Below are positions 27,665-43,197 of a stretch of 64,000 nucleotides of DNA, one piece after another. This DNA is from Octopus vulgaris. Lineage: Eukaryota. The stretch is from NCBI GenBank assembly GCA_951406725.2, contig OX597831.1, positions 51,832,001-51,896,000 of the forward strand, read 5' to 3'. The notes below the pieces were generated by a model, which worked only from the letters and a program-made list of their open reading frames with translations, did not search any database and was not told the DNA's origin. Each line of letters opens with the position of its first letter. Positions within the stretch are counted from its first letter, which is position 1. Position numbers and translations under genes: made by a program.

Positions 27665-29328
27665 ATTTAATATCCCTTCTTTACTTGAGAAATATCATTA
27701 CTATCACGACAGTTTTCAAAGATTGAATGCAAATCTTCCTTAAGTAATATCAAATACTTTCTTAACACCGTGTATAAAATCTGCAAGTTCAACTGAATCT
27801 TAGGACGCCCACTCTTTATATTATTAGAAGCAATTTCTTCTACTCAGTTCATCTTGCTATTGTTTCGTAAGAAAAGCTAATGATTTCACCATTTTTCCGG
27901 TATACAGTTTCAGAAACCGCTAGAAAGCATTCTTTTGTAAATTCTCCGACAGAATATATGATAGAATATTTTACAACTTTTTTTACAATAATATAGTTTA
28001 TGTGAGCAATTGCTTACGTGTTTCTATTCGTTTTAGCAAAAAAAAAAAAAAAAATGAATTCAGTTGATTGTTTTTCTGAAGTATTTCTATTTCAAGTTTT
28101 CTAATGTGTCTTTTAAATTTATACAACTCAGAAAGTTTAGTCGTGTGACGACGTCAAAGTTAAATTCTTTAAATGCTGAGAGGGATTCGGAACATATTAA
28201 ACGCACTCTCCTGGTTTTCTCTTCAATGAAGAAATTGTAATTTGTTCATTTATCTTGCAATTGTTTTTATTTCTCCAAAAAGCTGATTGCTTTTGAAATT
28301 TAATTACGAATAAATGAATAATTATTAATTATTACAATTATTAATCAGCGCTCTTAATAATTGTTTCGGAAACCTTTTTCTTCTTTCCTTTTTTGAAGTC
28401 GTTTTTTTTAATGATTAACATGATTATTAATTAAAATACGAAAAAAAAAGAACTACAGTATCTAATATGCTCACCCTTTGAAAAATATGATAAAATATCG
28501 TTAATCTTGCCATAGGTTATATCACCCTGATTAAAAATTATTGTCACTGCTGCACAAAGATTTACCCAAGTCGAGATATTAGTTTGTTAATAGAAGCCTT
28601 TTTGCTTTTTTTCCCGTTGGTTGATAATTTAAGGAATTGCTCAACTTTATAAAACTTTGATCAACAGAATGCATAGCGAAATGAGAGAGAAAGAAGCCAA
28701 ATTGTTCTAATTAACAGTCAGACCTAAAGATTGTATAACAAAATTTTAGTAAAAAGTTATATTTATGTAATCCTTACATTACGTATGCCATATAAAATGT
28801 CGGTCGCAAAGAAATGCATTTTACCCGAGTGTCACTGGTTTCCCATTTTTGCCCTCTGCGATCGCTCAACCTGCTAGAAATAGTCATATTTTCCATCTTA
28901 CTATCTTAAAAAGATTATGGACACATTGGATACTCAACGTCAGGATAAAAAATAAAAGAATGGTAGGATGATCACAGCTAAAACGCATTCGAACATAGGT
29001 TTGTCTGTTCAATTCGGACTGATCTGTTGTTTTAACAGCTTAACAGTAGGATGTGGTTTGGGAGTGATTTGGTTGCTATTTCTAACAAGACGTGCGGGTT
29101 GACTCGACATCTGCATGTCAGTAGATTCTCGTAGTAGCCACACCGCAGGCGGGTAACGTGAACTTAGTCTAAGTAACCTCCGTGATTCGCGGTAATTTAC
29201 TAACTGTACCTTCGTCCACCTGGTCCCCTATTCCAAAGTATCATATAAATCTATTTATAGTTTCTCACTTTACTGTGTTATTAATATGGCATTTATCATT
29301 TACATTTCACTCTTCCATTTTATTTTGT

Positions 29329-29404
<76 letters not shown>

Positions 29405-30494
29405 TTCTCTTTCGACCTTTCAGTCTTACTTTCCTATCGTTTCTTCTATCTGAAACTTTGAAACTACAGAACGTCGATATTTGTGATGTGGTGCCGAGAA
29501 CATGAGACTATATCCACCTACTAAGTAACTTTATATAGCAAAGCTACATATATGTTTAAAACGCAACATCGTGTACGCGCACACACACACACGTGAATAT
29601 GCACATGCGCGCATACACGCATACACACATGCGCGCATACACGCATACACACATGCGTGTAAATAAATGCGTGTGTGCTTGCTTACACACACATATGTGT
29701 ATGTGTGTGTATGTGTGTGTGCTTGTATGTTTTGCTTATCAAAACACTAGCTATAAAAAAAATCACACGAGGAGCGTAACATATCGAGTTCTATTTCTTT
29801 CGTAAATCCATTCTCATATACGTAAGATGTATGATAAGCATAGACCCCATTCATAGAAATATTTCCCATTCCTTGACTGGTACTATAATTTATCGACCCC
29901 CGAAGAGATGAAAAACAAAGCTGACTGCGGCAAAGTCTGAGCTCAGGATATAAAGCCTCGAAACCAAATACCGCAAGTATTTTTGTTCGAGACTCTGTCA
30001 AGCGATTTCTTCGTCAAATACGTAATTAACGATAAAATAAGATCCAGACTGAAAATTAGAAATTAGAAATTGCCTAAGACTCTTGAAGGCAACGCCACCA
30101 CATATTCTGACACCATTAGACTCATCCAACTCTTTCCAAATCCTCCGCACTGTCCTAAGATTCACACCCAAACACTATGAAATGTTCGTATTGGACCTTC
30201 TGGCGCGAATGTCAAGCAGTACAGCATGTCGCTTCCAAATTTCTGGCAGAATGAATTGCATCATGGTGCTGTTTTCTCACAGACGGTGCCCAACTGACCC
30301 GACTATACTGTGTGGTCGAAAAAAATCAAAAACTAACTATGTGCATGCGCGATATTGAAAATATAAAATGGCGACGATTTACTCATCGTACCCTGCACTC
30401 GCGCGCACAGACACACACATATGTATGTATATGTATATATGCGTGAGTAGTCTAGGTGTGGGTATGTTATCGTAATGTACAGTATTATATATCC

Positions 30495-30628
30495 ATCACG
30501 GCTGATCTTACTAATCGGTTTCGCGCAAGGATTGTTACCGAACACTCCATTGTATTTCTTTCGCGAAACCGATTCGGTAAGATCAGCCGTGATAGCTAAA
30601 TGTACAGTATTATAATACTGTACATTTA
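30495..30628. repeat. Compound palindrome (~32-bp arms plus a perfect 32-nt palindrome)
   Basis: atcacggctgatcttac.aatcggtttcgcg / cgcgaaaccgatt..gtaagatcagccgtgat; then taaatgtacagtattataatactgtacattta. Confidence 0.85.
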
Positions 30629-30663
30629 GGTTAATATTTATACCGTATATATATATATATATA

Positions 30664-30950
30664 TGATGGCTGCCCCTTCGTTATCGAGTATGGTCATTGC
30701 ACGAAGCTTAACTGTTACTGGTACTGTGATCGAATGTGACTTTTTAGCCCAGCTAAAGATCTACAATGTCATGTACAGAATTGGCAGCTAAGACCTTTAC
30801 CGGTAATAGCCGGCTGTAGTTGTAACTGGGCTTCATGTACTTTTGCATGTCGTTTAAGTCCTCCTGCCGAATTACACTCTCTTCCACATGCGCGACAGAT
30901 ATGATTAGTATGGTGTGTTACACCACCACCAGTGGCCAAGTTGTCACTCA
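30664..30950 (-). mobile_element. RTE/BovB-type LINE 3' fragment with C-terminal C2H2 finger
   Basis: CRACGRECNSAGGLKRHAKVH; 3' end ctcgataacgaaggggcagccatcat on the minus strand. Confidence 0.7.
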
Positions 30951-30959
30951 TCTGTCTCG

Positions 30960-31002
<43 letters not shown>

Positions 31003-31060
31003 TAAAATATATATATATAATATATATAAAATATATATATAAAATATATATATATTACTG

Positions 31061-31143
<83 letters not shown>

Positions 31144-31193
31144 GTGTGTGTGTTTGATTGTTCTTCTAATCAGTTTTTGCTATCTACTTGCAG

Positions 31194-31300
31194 GACCGAC
31201 TAACAGATGAATTGCAGCTCTTCAAAATTCAAGCCTCTCTCTTTTATCCAATCAAATTAAAGGAAATTATTCTGGTGAATCACATCCCAAATGACACGTG
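31194..31300 (+). CDS. DUF885-family gene exon: DRLTDELQLFKIQASLFYPIKLKEIILVNHIPNDT(W)
   Basis: tctacttgcAG acceptor, GTACGG donor, phase 0 to 2. The trailing TG plus the next exon's G gives Trp. Confidence 0.8.
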
Positions 31301-31583
31301 GTACGGTGTATTATTTGTTCTATATTCTCTCCTATGCGTGTGTGTGTGTGAGTGTGCGAGTATGCGCGTGTGAGTGTGCGCGTGCGCTCATGCGCGTATG
31401 TATCTGTGAGTTCTAGTTAAAGAGGTTAATTTTGTAACTGCATGACTCCTGAACCGACTGCGCCACCTGGGACAAGTGTGTTTTATTACAGCCTCGGACA
31501 GGTTTCATAATATATAATTTAATTATTATAAATATGATACATATATATATAACATATATAGTGCGTATACATTACATACTTAA

Positions 31584-32159
31584 CGCAATAATGCCTCGAT
31601 ATACGAGTTCATTTGTTTCCGGAAATCGCATGTAAAGCGAAAACTCGTAAAGCAGAGCAATATTTACCCATAGTAGCTACGTTATAAATCGTAATTTGTT
31701 GTTAGGAAAATATTTTACCTATAAAATTCATAATACTCGTAAATAAATGGCAATAAAACAACAGAAGGATGTAAAGAATACTTTATGTAAAGTAAAAAGA
31801 ATGTCGGTATTATTTATAATAACAAATATTATTATTATAATCGTTTTCTGAATCACTTTCACTCGCACTAGACTTGCACACACCATCACTTGTAGGCTCG
31901 ATCACCGATTCACAAGCACTCGTAGACAGACTTGTAGATTTCTTTTTGAAAACTAGTCTAGAGTTATTTGCTTAGAATAAGCTGTTTTTCACTCTCTATA
32001 AATTTCTCGATAACACGCAGAAGCATTTGTTATGATAGTGGAAACTTTCGCACTTCGTTCAAAATTTGGATCTTGTGCTTGAAAAACGAAACTCGTAAAC
32101 CCGAGGTCTCGTAAAGCGGATCCTCGTAAAGCGGATCCTCGTAAAGCGATGCATTGCTG
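31584..32159. mobile_element. Tigger/pogo-like non-autonomous DNA transposon (decayed)
   Basis: Imperfect TIRs caataatgcctcgatatacgag / ctcgtaaagcgatgcattgctgTA, with repeated ctcgtaaa subterminal motifs. Confidence 0.55.
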
Positions 32160-32189
32160 TACATATATAATACATATATAATGAAAAAA

Positions 32190-32480
32190 CGCAATGGCCC
32201 AGTGGTTAGGGCAGCGGACTCGCGGTCGTAGGATCGCGGTTTCGATTCCCACACCGGGCGTTGTGAGTGTTTATTGAGCAAAGATATCTAATGCTCCACG
32301 AGGCTCCGGTAGGGGGTGGTGGCGATCCTTGCTGTACTCTTTCGCCACAACTTTCACTCTTTCTTCTGTTGGCCTGCTCGCTTAGGCAGCGTCATTTGTA
32401 GGCTAAAACAATGCGAAGCGCATTGTGACCAGCGATGTATAGCAACATCTGATAGCCTGGTCGGTCACGGTGGTCACGGA
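32190..32480 (+). mobile_element. tRNA-derived SINE (third family)
   Basis: A box tggcccagtgg, B box ggtttcgattccc, non-tRNA body, (ggtcacg)-type tail. Confidence 0.8.
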
Positions 32481-32632
32481 GATAATGAAAAAACACTATA
32501 AATTGCAATTGCATATAAAAAAAGTAATTTCATGTAAAAATGTATTCTTTGTAACAGCTCAAGAGCTGGTCCATAGTCCGGTGTTTGGGGACCTTTGCCA
32601 TAAATAATAGAATAATTAAGCAAACTTAAATG

Positions 32633-33075
32633 TGGCGAGCAAGCAGAATCGTTAACACGCCAGGCAGAATGCATGGCGGTATTTCATCCGTCTTTACGTT
32701 CTGAGTTCAAGTTCCGTCGAGGTCAGTTGTACCTTTTATCCTTTCTGGGTCGATAAAATAAGTAACAGTTGAACACTGGGGTCGATGTAATCGATTTAGC
32801 CTCTACCTCGAAATGGCTAGCCTTGTGCCAAAATGTTGAAAGCAATATTTCAAATTACTTAAAGTTGGCGAGCTGGCAGAATCGTTAGCACGTCGGGCAA
32901 AATACTTAGCGGCATTTCATCCGTCTTTACGCGCTGAGTTCTAATCCCACCGAGGTCGACTTTACCTTTCATCCTTTCTGGGTTCATAAAATTAGTACCA
33001 GTTGAACACTGGAATCGATGTAATCGACTTAGCCCCCACCCCCGAAATTGCTGGCCTTGTGCCAAAATTTGAAAC
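32633..33075 (+). mobile_element. Two tandem SINE-B short-tail copies
   Basis: Two heads (ggcgagc...) ~235 bp apart, each ending ggccttgtgccaaaa-like. Confidence 0.85.
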
Positions 33076-33255
33076 CAATTTTTAAAGTTATTTATTAACT
33101 AACAATATATGAATTGTACACTAAATGTTAAACACAAGTTACACAATGGTAATATTTACGAGGATTCAGCCTCCTCCATAATAAAAACAACTACGTTTTA
33201 TTCAATAGCTTAACTAAAACAATGAAACACATACATACATACATACATACATACA

Positions 33256-33287
<32 letters not shown>

Positions 33288-33459
33288 AGACCAAAAGGGT
33301 ACGGGCGTCGCTATATATATATATATGTAAAAAAAATACAAACTATCAGCCGAAATTGCGAAGATGATCCGGTTCTTGACTGAAGATTGAAGGCTTCGAA
33401 GTCCGTGTTTTGTGTATCGTCTTTTAAATGTTTTGCGTTCTTGTCCCAGTTTGTATTTT

Positions 33460-33491
<32 letters not shown>

Positions 33492-33549
33492 CATACATAC
33501 ATACATGCATGCATACATACATACATACATACATACATACATACATACA

Positions 33550-33581
<32 letters not shown>

Positions 33582-33766
33582 CAATCGAAGACTACATATC
33601 CAATCTATCACTGGAACTGTGAAAATCTGCAAAACTTTCCAGAAGTTTATTATTTAAATATATATGAGCATGTCTAAACATGCAACTATATGCATGAGGA
33701 TACATACATAAAACGAAACATACAAATTTGCACACACATACATACATACATACATACATACATACA

Positions 33767-33798
<32 letters not shown>

Positions 33799-33979
33799 GA
33801 CAGACAGACAGACACACAGACAGACAGACATAACCTGTTGATGTTGTTGAAATTCCAATGAAGGAGCCCTGGATCTATGTTGGAAACCGGCTCTTTCTCT
33901 ATTGGCAAGAAATCTTAAAATAAAACTCAATAATAATATACATACATACATACATACATACATACATACATACATACAT

Positions 33980-34050
<71 letters not shown>

Positions 34051-34197
34051 AATTAAACTAGTCATGTTTTGAAGTTCTCTTGTGACTGTTTTAATATTTT
34101 TTGTCCCGGATTTACTTACAAAAAGACTTCAGTGAGTCCTGAACCCCACGACCCGTGAACCTGTAATCTAATAACGGGACTGATGCCTAATCGTCAA

Positions 34198-35507
<1,310 letters not shown>

Positions 35508-35775
35508 AGTATTGGATACTGTGCGACGTCTTTAAGTAATAATAACAACAACAACAAAAACAATAATAATAATGACAACAACAACAACAACAACAACAGC
35601 AACAATAATAATGGTTTAAAATGTTGCCACAAGGGCAGCTTTTTGGGGGAGAGGGTGAGTCGATTATATCGATCCCAGTGTTCAACTGGAACCTTTATTT
35701 TATCAACCCCGAAAGGATTACAGGCAAAGTTGATCTCGGAGAAATTTGGAGTCGACAATAATGATGATGATGATG

Positions 35776-35836
<61 letters not shown>

Positions 35837-35852
35837 CAACAACAACAATATG

Positions 35853-35949
35853 ATAATAATGAAATGAGATGAAATAGAACCAGGATGTGTGTTATTAGAA
35901 AAACGACCCTCCCGTGATACAACAACGCACATGCATACTCACACTTGCA

Positions 35950-35984
<35 letters not shown>

Positions 35985-36140
35985 CACACATACACGTACA
36001 CGTACACACACACATGGGTATGTATACACGCATACGTATAATAATAATAATGAAATGAGATGAAATAGAACCAGGACGTGTGTTATTAGAAAAATGGCCC
36101 TCCCGTGAAACAACAACGCACATGCATACTCACACTTGCA

Positions 36141-36211
<71 letters not shown>

Positions 36212-36257
36212 ACACAAACATAAACACACACATGGGTATGTATACACGCATACGTAT
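35853..36257. repeat. Local tandem duplication (two units, ~190-215 bp)
   Basis: ataataatgaaatgagatgaaatagaaccagga...catgggtatgtatacacgcatacgtat occurs twice. Confidence 0.9.
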
Positions 36258-39200
36258 GCATTTATCTATGTAAAACAAGAAATAACTACCAGCAACATAG
36301 CATACCATTCTAGCCTACCAACAGATCAACCAACCAGCCAGCCAACCAACCAGCCAGCCAGCCAACAACCATCCAGCACAGACATCAATCAACGTAGAAA
36401 TTCTTTGAGAAATGTCTTATCTTTTCGTTGTTCGCTTTTGTCTTTAACTACAAACCCCTAAACATCCGACACCACATACCTCAAACATCTCCAACAGCTG
36501 TTTTTCTTTATCACACTGCTCCTAAGTATATCCTATGTATGTATGTATGTATGTATGTATGTATGTATGTATGTATGTATGTATGTATGTATGTATGCAT
36601 GCATGTATGTATGTATGTATGTAATGCATGTATGTATGTATGTATGTATGTATGTATGTATGCATGCATGCATGCATGCATGTATGTTTGTATGTATGTA
36701 TGTATGTAAGTTCGTATGTAAGCTCCTACGTACGTATGTATATAACTTATAAAATGTGAGTATATATGTATATAACTTATAATGTGTGTGTATATGCATA
36801 TAATATATATATAATATATATGTATATAATGTATATATACTATATATATAATGTATATATATTTTATTTACAAATATATATATATTATATAATATATCGT
36901 ACATATATGTATGTGTGTGTTTATCACTGTGTGTGCACGTGTGTGTATGTGTGTGTGTGTACATACAGAGACAGAGATATAGACACATAAATAACTACGT
37001 GCATATGAACGTTTACATATAAATACATTCAAACACAGCTACATATATTTGTGTGTGTGCGTGCGTTTATCTGTCATTACACAAATACAAAATTTGCCGA
37101 ATGTTTAAGTTATTAGACGGCTAGCTCAAGTATTGTTAGTTCATGTCTCCTACATAACTTCTCACTCACAGATTTAGACAGTCAGGATACAAGCTTTTTC
37201 ATAGCCTCACCTTGTAATTACACGACTTACATGAAACAAAAGATAAAAGAATACAAACAGAAATGTGGAAAATTATCAGGCATGGTTTGATGCAGAATTA
37301 ATACCAGAATCAAACCAGAGCTGCGACTGGATTAATTACAGAATCAACGCATAGATGTTGCTGAAATACTATAGAAACGATTTTCATGATTTATTCATGA
37401 TTTCGAAAGCTACCATCAAGATCTGTGTAAGATTCCCGTGTCGACTTAACACCGTAGCTTAGCTCTTCTCAGTAAGACAGACTAAACATTTGAGGTAATA
37501 AGTAAATGTATACATGTATTGACGCAAGGATTTGTGACCGTTCGAAACGCCTTGTACAAATAATCAAAAGTACAGTACCGCTTACATTATACCTTTTTAT
37601 CATTTTACTTGTTCCGGTCACTGGGTTGTGATTATCCAGGACTGAAGGGTTTAGTCGAACTAATCGACATCAAGTACAGTACTTATTTTAAAGTTTGGCA
37701 TTAATCCCATCGGTCTCATTCTCTTTTTTTTTTCGTTTTTTTTTTCGTTTTTACCGAACTGCTAAGTTACAGGGATGTAAACAAACCAACACCGGTTGTC
37801 AGTCGGCTAATGGGGGATGGGGACACAAGCACAAACAAACACACACGCATTCACATACACACGGAGACATTTACATACATTCTCTCTCACACACGCACCT
37901 GTATACGACGAGCTTCCACACAGTTTTCGCCCACCAAATTGACTTATAAGGTATTGTTCGACTCGGGGCTATAGTAAAAGGTATTTGCCTAAGGCACCAT
38001 GCGGTAGAAGTGAACCAAAAACCACTTTCAGTAAGTAAAGGCGTATAATCTTGAACTTATTCTGACCTCTTCTGAAATATGGAAGAAGTATTGTGAGCCT
38101 TATACGAGTTTCTATTCCTTGTTTCTTCAACTTCCAGATGTACTTTCACCAGATGAAACTCAGTTTACACTTCTATCTGGGTGGCGAAATGCGCTAATCC
38201 TATTGATAATGAGCGAGTTTTCAATAATGCATATATATATTCTAGACATGCCATCAATATATGAAGCATCAGCTTTATATACTAGCTTTTTGTCGCGGTA
38301 TTTAATTAAGAGGACATCTGACTACACTTCTAAAATTACAATCATGTTGGGTTGATAGTATATTTCTGGTTACATTATTATGGTTGAATATTTGAGACCC
38401 TATATTTTCTAAACAGCTAGATTTCAATGTAAAACTAGGACATGAGGAAGTGGACGGTTTTTTAGTGTCAAGAACCACTTTACTATATTTCTGGACATAT
38501 TCATGCTGTATGACGTGTTAAGCCATATTATTTTCATATTTCGATGTAAAAACCGATTGGAGAATGTTTTGTATAATTAATCTTATTCCCCGTTATAGTA
38601 TGGGCGGTTTTATATTATATGGTCTTGCCTAAAGATAGTTGAAAAATGTGTGTAGTGACGTTATTGATTATATGTTTAATAATTGTACTCGGGCGGTTGG
38701 AAATATAATTTATGTATAACGTTCCCTCGCTCGGCTTATGCTACCGATGGATACGCCTGTATTTGGATTTAATGTCCCGATAGTTTACCATTCTCAAGTT
38801 CAATTTTATTGTGATTTAAATGGAACACTTTGAATTTGTTGATTAACTTTTCTAACTTTATCCTTACCATGTCCACTCCTGTTGTAATACTGCGAAGTTC
38901 GTCATCTCCAAGTCTTATATTAGCTTCTACATAATTTCTGCGTGTGTTTAGAATATAATTTCATTTATTCGTTTCTATTTTTTATTAAGCTGTGCAATTA
39001 TGGATGAAACTATGAAATACCTTCCCCACATAGATTTTCTTATGTAATATTCAAGTCGGTCACTGACAAAATGATATGGCTCTTTTGTTCAACACAAGAC
39101 AGTTCTTGGGATTTTTAAATACGTGAAAGAGTGTGTACATATATGTAGATGCATGCATGGATAAGATTGTACTTTTGTAAACGAGTGCGTGTGTGCGGTA

Positions 39201-39761
39201 CCATATGCACCTATGATTGTGTGCGTGCGGTGCCATATGCACATGTGATTATGTGCATATGTTCATTATAGAAAACTCAAATGAAGAATCCTTGGACTGT
39301 TTTACATAACTTTCCCTGTACTGTTAATCGACTGTATTTTGAGGATGCGAAGTAATTACTTTTGTTCTTCGTTGGAGAAACCAAGACTTTTTAAAAATTG
39401 TTCTTACGGAGCCCATTGTACCTATAAGTGGTATACACAAATACACACATACAAATACACACACACATACATACATATATCATGCATACATATACATATC
39501 TATGTGTGTGTGTCTTTATAACCTGTGTTTGTCCCCCCTCCCATCACTGCTTGACAACCAGTGTTGGAGTGCTTACGTCCCCGTAACTTAGCGGTTCGGC
39601 AAAAGACATCGACGGAATAAGTACTTGGTTTAAAAAATAAATTCTGTGGTCGATTTGTTCGACTAAAACCCTTCAAGTCGGTGTACCAGCATGGCCGCAG
39701 TCAAATTACTGAAACAAGTATAAAAAGAAAAGAATACACACGCGTGCGCATACACACATAC

Positions 39762-39801
<40 letters not shown>

Positions 39802-40329
39802 GCACCATATACGACGGGCTTCGATCAGGAAACTTGGTGGCATCTATTGCCAACCTTGACAGAAGAGTAGGAAATTGTTGTTGTTCCTATTGCTGTTCGT
39901 ACGCTGCTGTCACTAGAATTGACAGCGATAGTAAATATGGTGGTGATGTTATAAGTAGTTTCGACTAGTGTGAAGGTTTCGCGCTGATCGCTTCTGTGGA
40001 AGCCCCATTATGTATGGGGCTTCCATTGTCTCTATATTAGAAGTAGTATTGACCTTCGCCAGCGTGGTTATAGCCGGTAAGTTTATGTTTCTGTCGTACG
40101 ACTTCCGACTTCCGGAAGTTGCAATCACGTTGTTGGTGGCGGTGACGATGTTAGTGAAGGCGTTAATTTTGTCACATTTGACAATGGCAGTGATGGCGGC
40201 GGTGATTGTACGTTTTACGTACAGTAGCACTTTTAGCACAACAGAGCAACCAACATCGAATATTATTAGTATTACATACATACATAGATACAGACAGACA
40301 TATATACATACATACAGACAGGCAGACAG

Positions 40330-40363
<34 letters not shown>

Positions 40364-40823
40364 AGTCCATTCAGCTGGTAAAAAACGAGTGGTACGTGTA
40401 TTTCAAAGGGCCAGCCATGTCATATTCTGTGTCACACTGAAGTTATTTCTAAGTTATTCTAAGTTATATATATATATATAACCTAGAATAACTTAGAAAG
40501 GTTTTGGCCAGTATTGGCCCAGACCATGTCTAACTTAATAGCACCACCTGGCGAAGTCTTTCAATTCAGGATTTGGGCACCAAAGCCCATTCGAGCAGAG
40601 AGTTATTGTTTGAGGATATATATATATATACACACACACACATACAGACAGACAGGCGGCGTGCCTGATCAATTATATGCTATAACCAAAAATATACTGC
40701 TCGACATATATACACGCGCGCGCGTGGGGGGTGTCTGTGGGTGTGGGTGTGGGTGTGTATCTTGTTGCATGGAATCTCTTCCTGTTTCTCTCAATTAGTT
40801 TACCATTCTTCTTTTATTTCCAG

Positions 40824-40908
40824 GACAGAAATCCGACACAAAATCCAAAACAAAGTAACCAAACAGATCGCACCTTCATATAAAAATTTCAAAAGATTCA
40901 TTGAAGAG
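40824..40908 (+). CDS. DUF885-family gene exon: TEIRHKIQNKVTKQIAPSYKNFKRFIEE
   Basis: cttttatttccAG acceptor, GTAAAA donor, phase 2 to 0. Resembles the 'v-x-P-a-Y-x-x-l-x-x-F-l-x-x' helix of DUF885. Confidence 0.88.
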
Positions 40909-41279
40909 GTAAAACAGCTCGTAATGTTAAGCTATTGAGTTTCTTAATTTACTTCTTAATCCCTTTGTTCTTGTTGTTGTTCTTCTTCTTCTTCTTCTTC
41001 TTCTTCTTCTTCTTCTTTCTCTCTCTCTCTCTCTCTCATTATTTATATAAATACATATTCTTTTATACTTTTACTCGCTTCAGTTGTTTGACTGCGTCCA
41101 TGCTGGAGCTTCATCTCGAAGGATTTTAGCCAAACAAATCGACCCCAGGACTTATTTGTTAAAACCTATGACTCATTCTATCGGTCAAACCCACCAACAG
41201 CGGTTGTCAAGCAGTGGGTGGGATGGGGGGGGGCACAGACACAAACACACACACACACTCCCTCTCCCTTTTCTTTCTG

Positions 41280-41310
<31 letters not shown>

Positions 41311-41620
41311 CGTACATAACTCCCTCTCTCATTTCTCTTTCTCTCTCACACACATACATAGGTTTCTCAGCCCACGTGCGAACTTACACGCGTCACTTTA
41401 TACACTTAAATATTATGCGAGTAGCTGACGGCCTCACAGCTAGAATCAACAACGTCCACCCATGTACATATGGATGTATATATGCACACACAAGTCTGGG
41501 AATTACCTAATGCCGCAAGTGCAATGGAGCCTTTATCGCATGTATGGAAATACCCACATATGTTGACAATGTCTTTTAAAATCAAGCGTAGTATATTCTC
41601 TATGATCTTCATATAATTTA

Positions 41621-42010
41621 CAGGCGTGGTGTGGAGCTTGCTTCCCAACCACATGGTTCCGGGGTTCAGTCCCACTGAATAAAACCTTCGGCAAGTGTCT
41701 TCTACTATAGCCTCGGGCCGACCAAAGCCTTGTGAGTGGATTTGGTAGACGGAAACTAAAAGAAGCCCATCGTATATGTGTGTGTGTGAGTGTGTATGTG
41801 CCTGTGTTTGCTCCCCCCGCTTAAAACTAGTGTTGGTGTGTTTACGTCTCTGTAACTTAGTGGTTCAGCAATAGAGACTCGTAGAATAAGTACTGGACTT
41901 TAAAAAATAAGTCCTGGCGTTGATTTGTTCGGCTAAAACCCTTCAAGGCGGTGCTCCAGCATGGCCGCAGTCAAATGACTGAAAGAAGTTAAAAGAATAA
42001 AAGAATAAAA
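41621..42010 (+). mobile_element. SINE family A full-length copy
   Basis: Similarity to 25626-26000. Confidence 0.9.
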
Positions 42011-42124
42011 AGAATACATAGATGGTTATATATTTCAAAGTCTAGTAATGTTGTTGTTATTGTTGTGATTATGGCTAACAAGAAGTTAATTATAATAATA
42101 AATTAAAGTTTTTTTAAAAAGTTA

Positions 42125-42223
42125 ATTTATGGCCTTATCACCTTGAAAACATCGGCTCTCGTCTGATCACCGAAGTTAAGCAAAGTCGAGCCTAGTTAGT
42201 ACTTAGATGAGTGACCACTTGGG
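42125..42223 (+). pseudogene. 5S rRNA-derived sequence (about the first 100 nt, diverged)
   Basis: ggccttatcaccttgaaaacatcggctctcgtctgatcaccgaagttaagcaaagtcgagcctagttagtacttagatgagtgaccacttggg matches animal 5S rRNA, including the box A and box C regions; the 3' end is missing. Confidence 0.85.
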
Positions 42224-42279
42224 TATATGTGTGTTATGTTTGCGTGCCGTATGTAAGAATATATATATATATGTATGCG

Positions 42280-42503
42280 TGTGTATATGTTTGCGTGTCT
42301 ATGTTTGTCCCCCCCCCCACCATCGCTTGACAACCGATGCTGGTGTGTTTACGTCCCCGTAACTTAGCGGTTTGGCAAAAGTGACCGTTAGAATAAGTAC
42401 TAGGCTTCCAAAAAATAGGTCCTTTGGTCGATTTGCTCGACTAAAGACGGTGCTCCAGCATGGCCACAGTCAAATGACTGAAACAAGCAAAAGAGTAAAA
42501 AAG
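42280..42503 (+). mobile_element. SINE family A 3' half directly following the 5S-derived segment
   Basis: tgtttgtccccc...catcgcttgacaaccgatgctgg...aaatgactgaaacaagcaaaagagtaaaa. Confidence 0.85.
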
Positions 42504-42659
42504 TATCTAAATTTATATGTGTAACAAAATCTTAGAAGCTGTAATACTGGCATTTCTTGCTACCCACCTACCTACCTCAGTACCCCTATAAACTCTTCCA
42601 CTGCTCAGAGGGCGGTAACGTCAACTTTGAGAAACACTTATATATCTACTGAACTAGAT

Positions 42660-42830
42660 TAATAGTTCTTAACAAAGATCCATATGACCACTTGGGGGGG
42701 GGGGGTCCATATAAGACTTTTGTGGGTGCATGCAAGCACAATAGTAAATTGGGGATCTGCCGTAAAATATTATGGATCCATGAAAAAGAAAATCTTGCCT
42801 CAGATATATTTATTGCAAGAAGCACCTAGG

Positions 42831-42892
<62 letters not shown>

Positions 42893-43058
42893 GTTTTACA
42901 TAGTTCAACCTGCGCAAGCTAATGTGTGAAAAGTAAAATAGGGATTTTGAAAGAAGTATCTATAAAACTAGTTTTTAAATATCGAATGGCTATGGGGTCC
43001 ACCTGAATAGAATAGTAATTAAAGAATCCATAGATAAAAAAATGGTTGAGATCCACTA
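42660..43058 (-). mobile_element. hAT (Charlie-like) MITE, related to 50826-51426
   Basis: Ends ggttgagatccacta; internal ggggtcc motifs are the reverse complement of ggacccc motifs in the 50.8-kb copy. Confidence 0.55.
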
Positions 43059-43116
43059 ATCCAGATAGTAGTTATGTTGGTTGGGGAGTAGGCTTACGTA
43101 GCTCATTAAATAAGTT

Positions 43117-43197
<81 letters not shown>

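Noticed and set aside
32190-32265. Possible tRNA gene
   Set aside because: It has A and B boxes but no proper acceptor stem, and it continues into a SINE body and tail.
39830-40260. GC-richer stretch with ORFs on both strands (40010-40381 +, 39949-40281 -) and an acttccggaagt ETS-like palindrome
   Set aside because: No recognisable domain or convincing splice pair, and the gene model is already in frame without it; a regulatory role cannot be supported from sequence alone.
42125-42223. Functional 5S rRNA gene
   Set aside because: The 3' ~20 nt and terminator are missing, there are multiple substitutions, and it is a single copy rather than an array.
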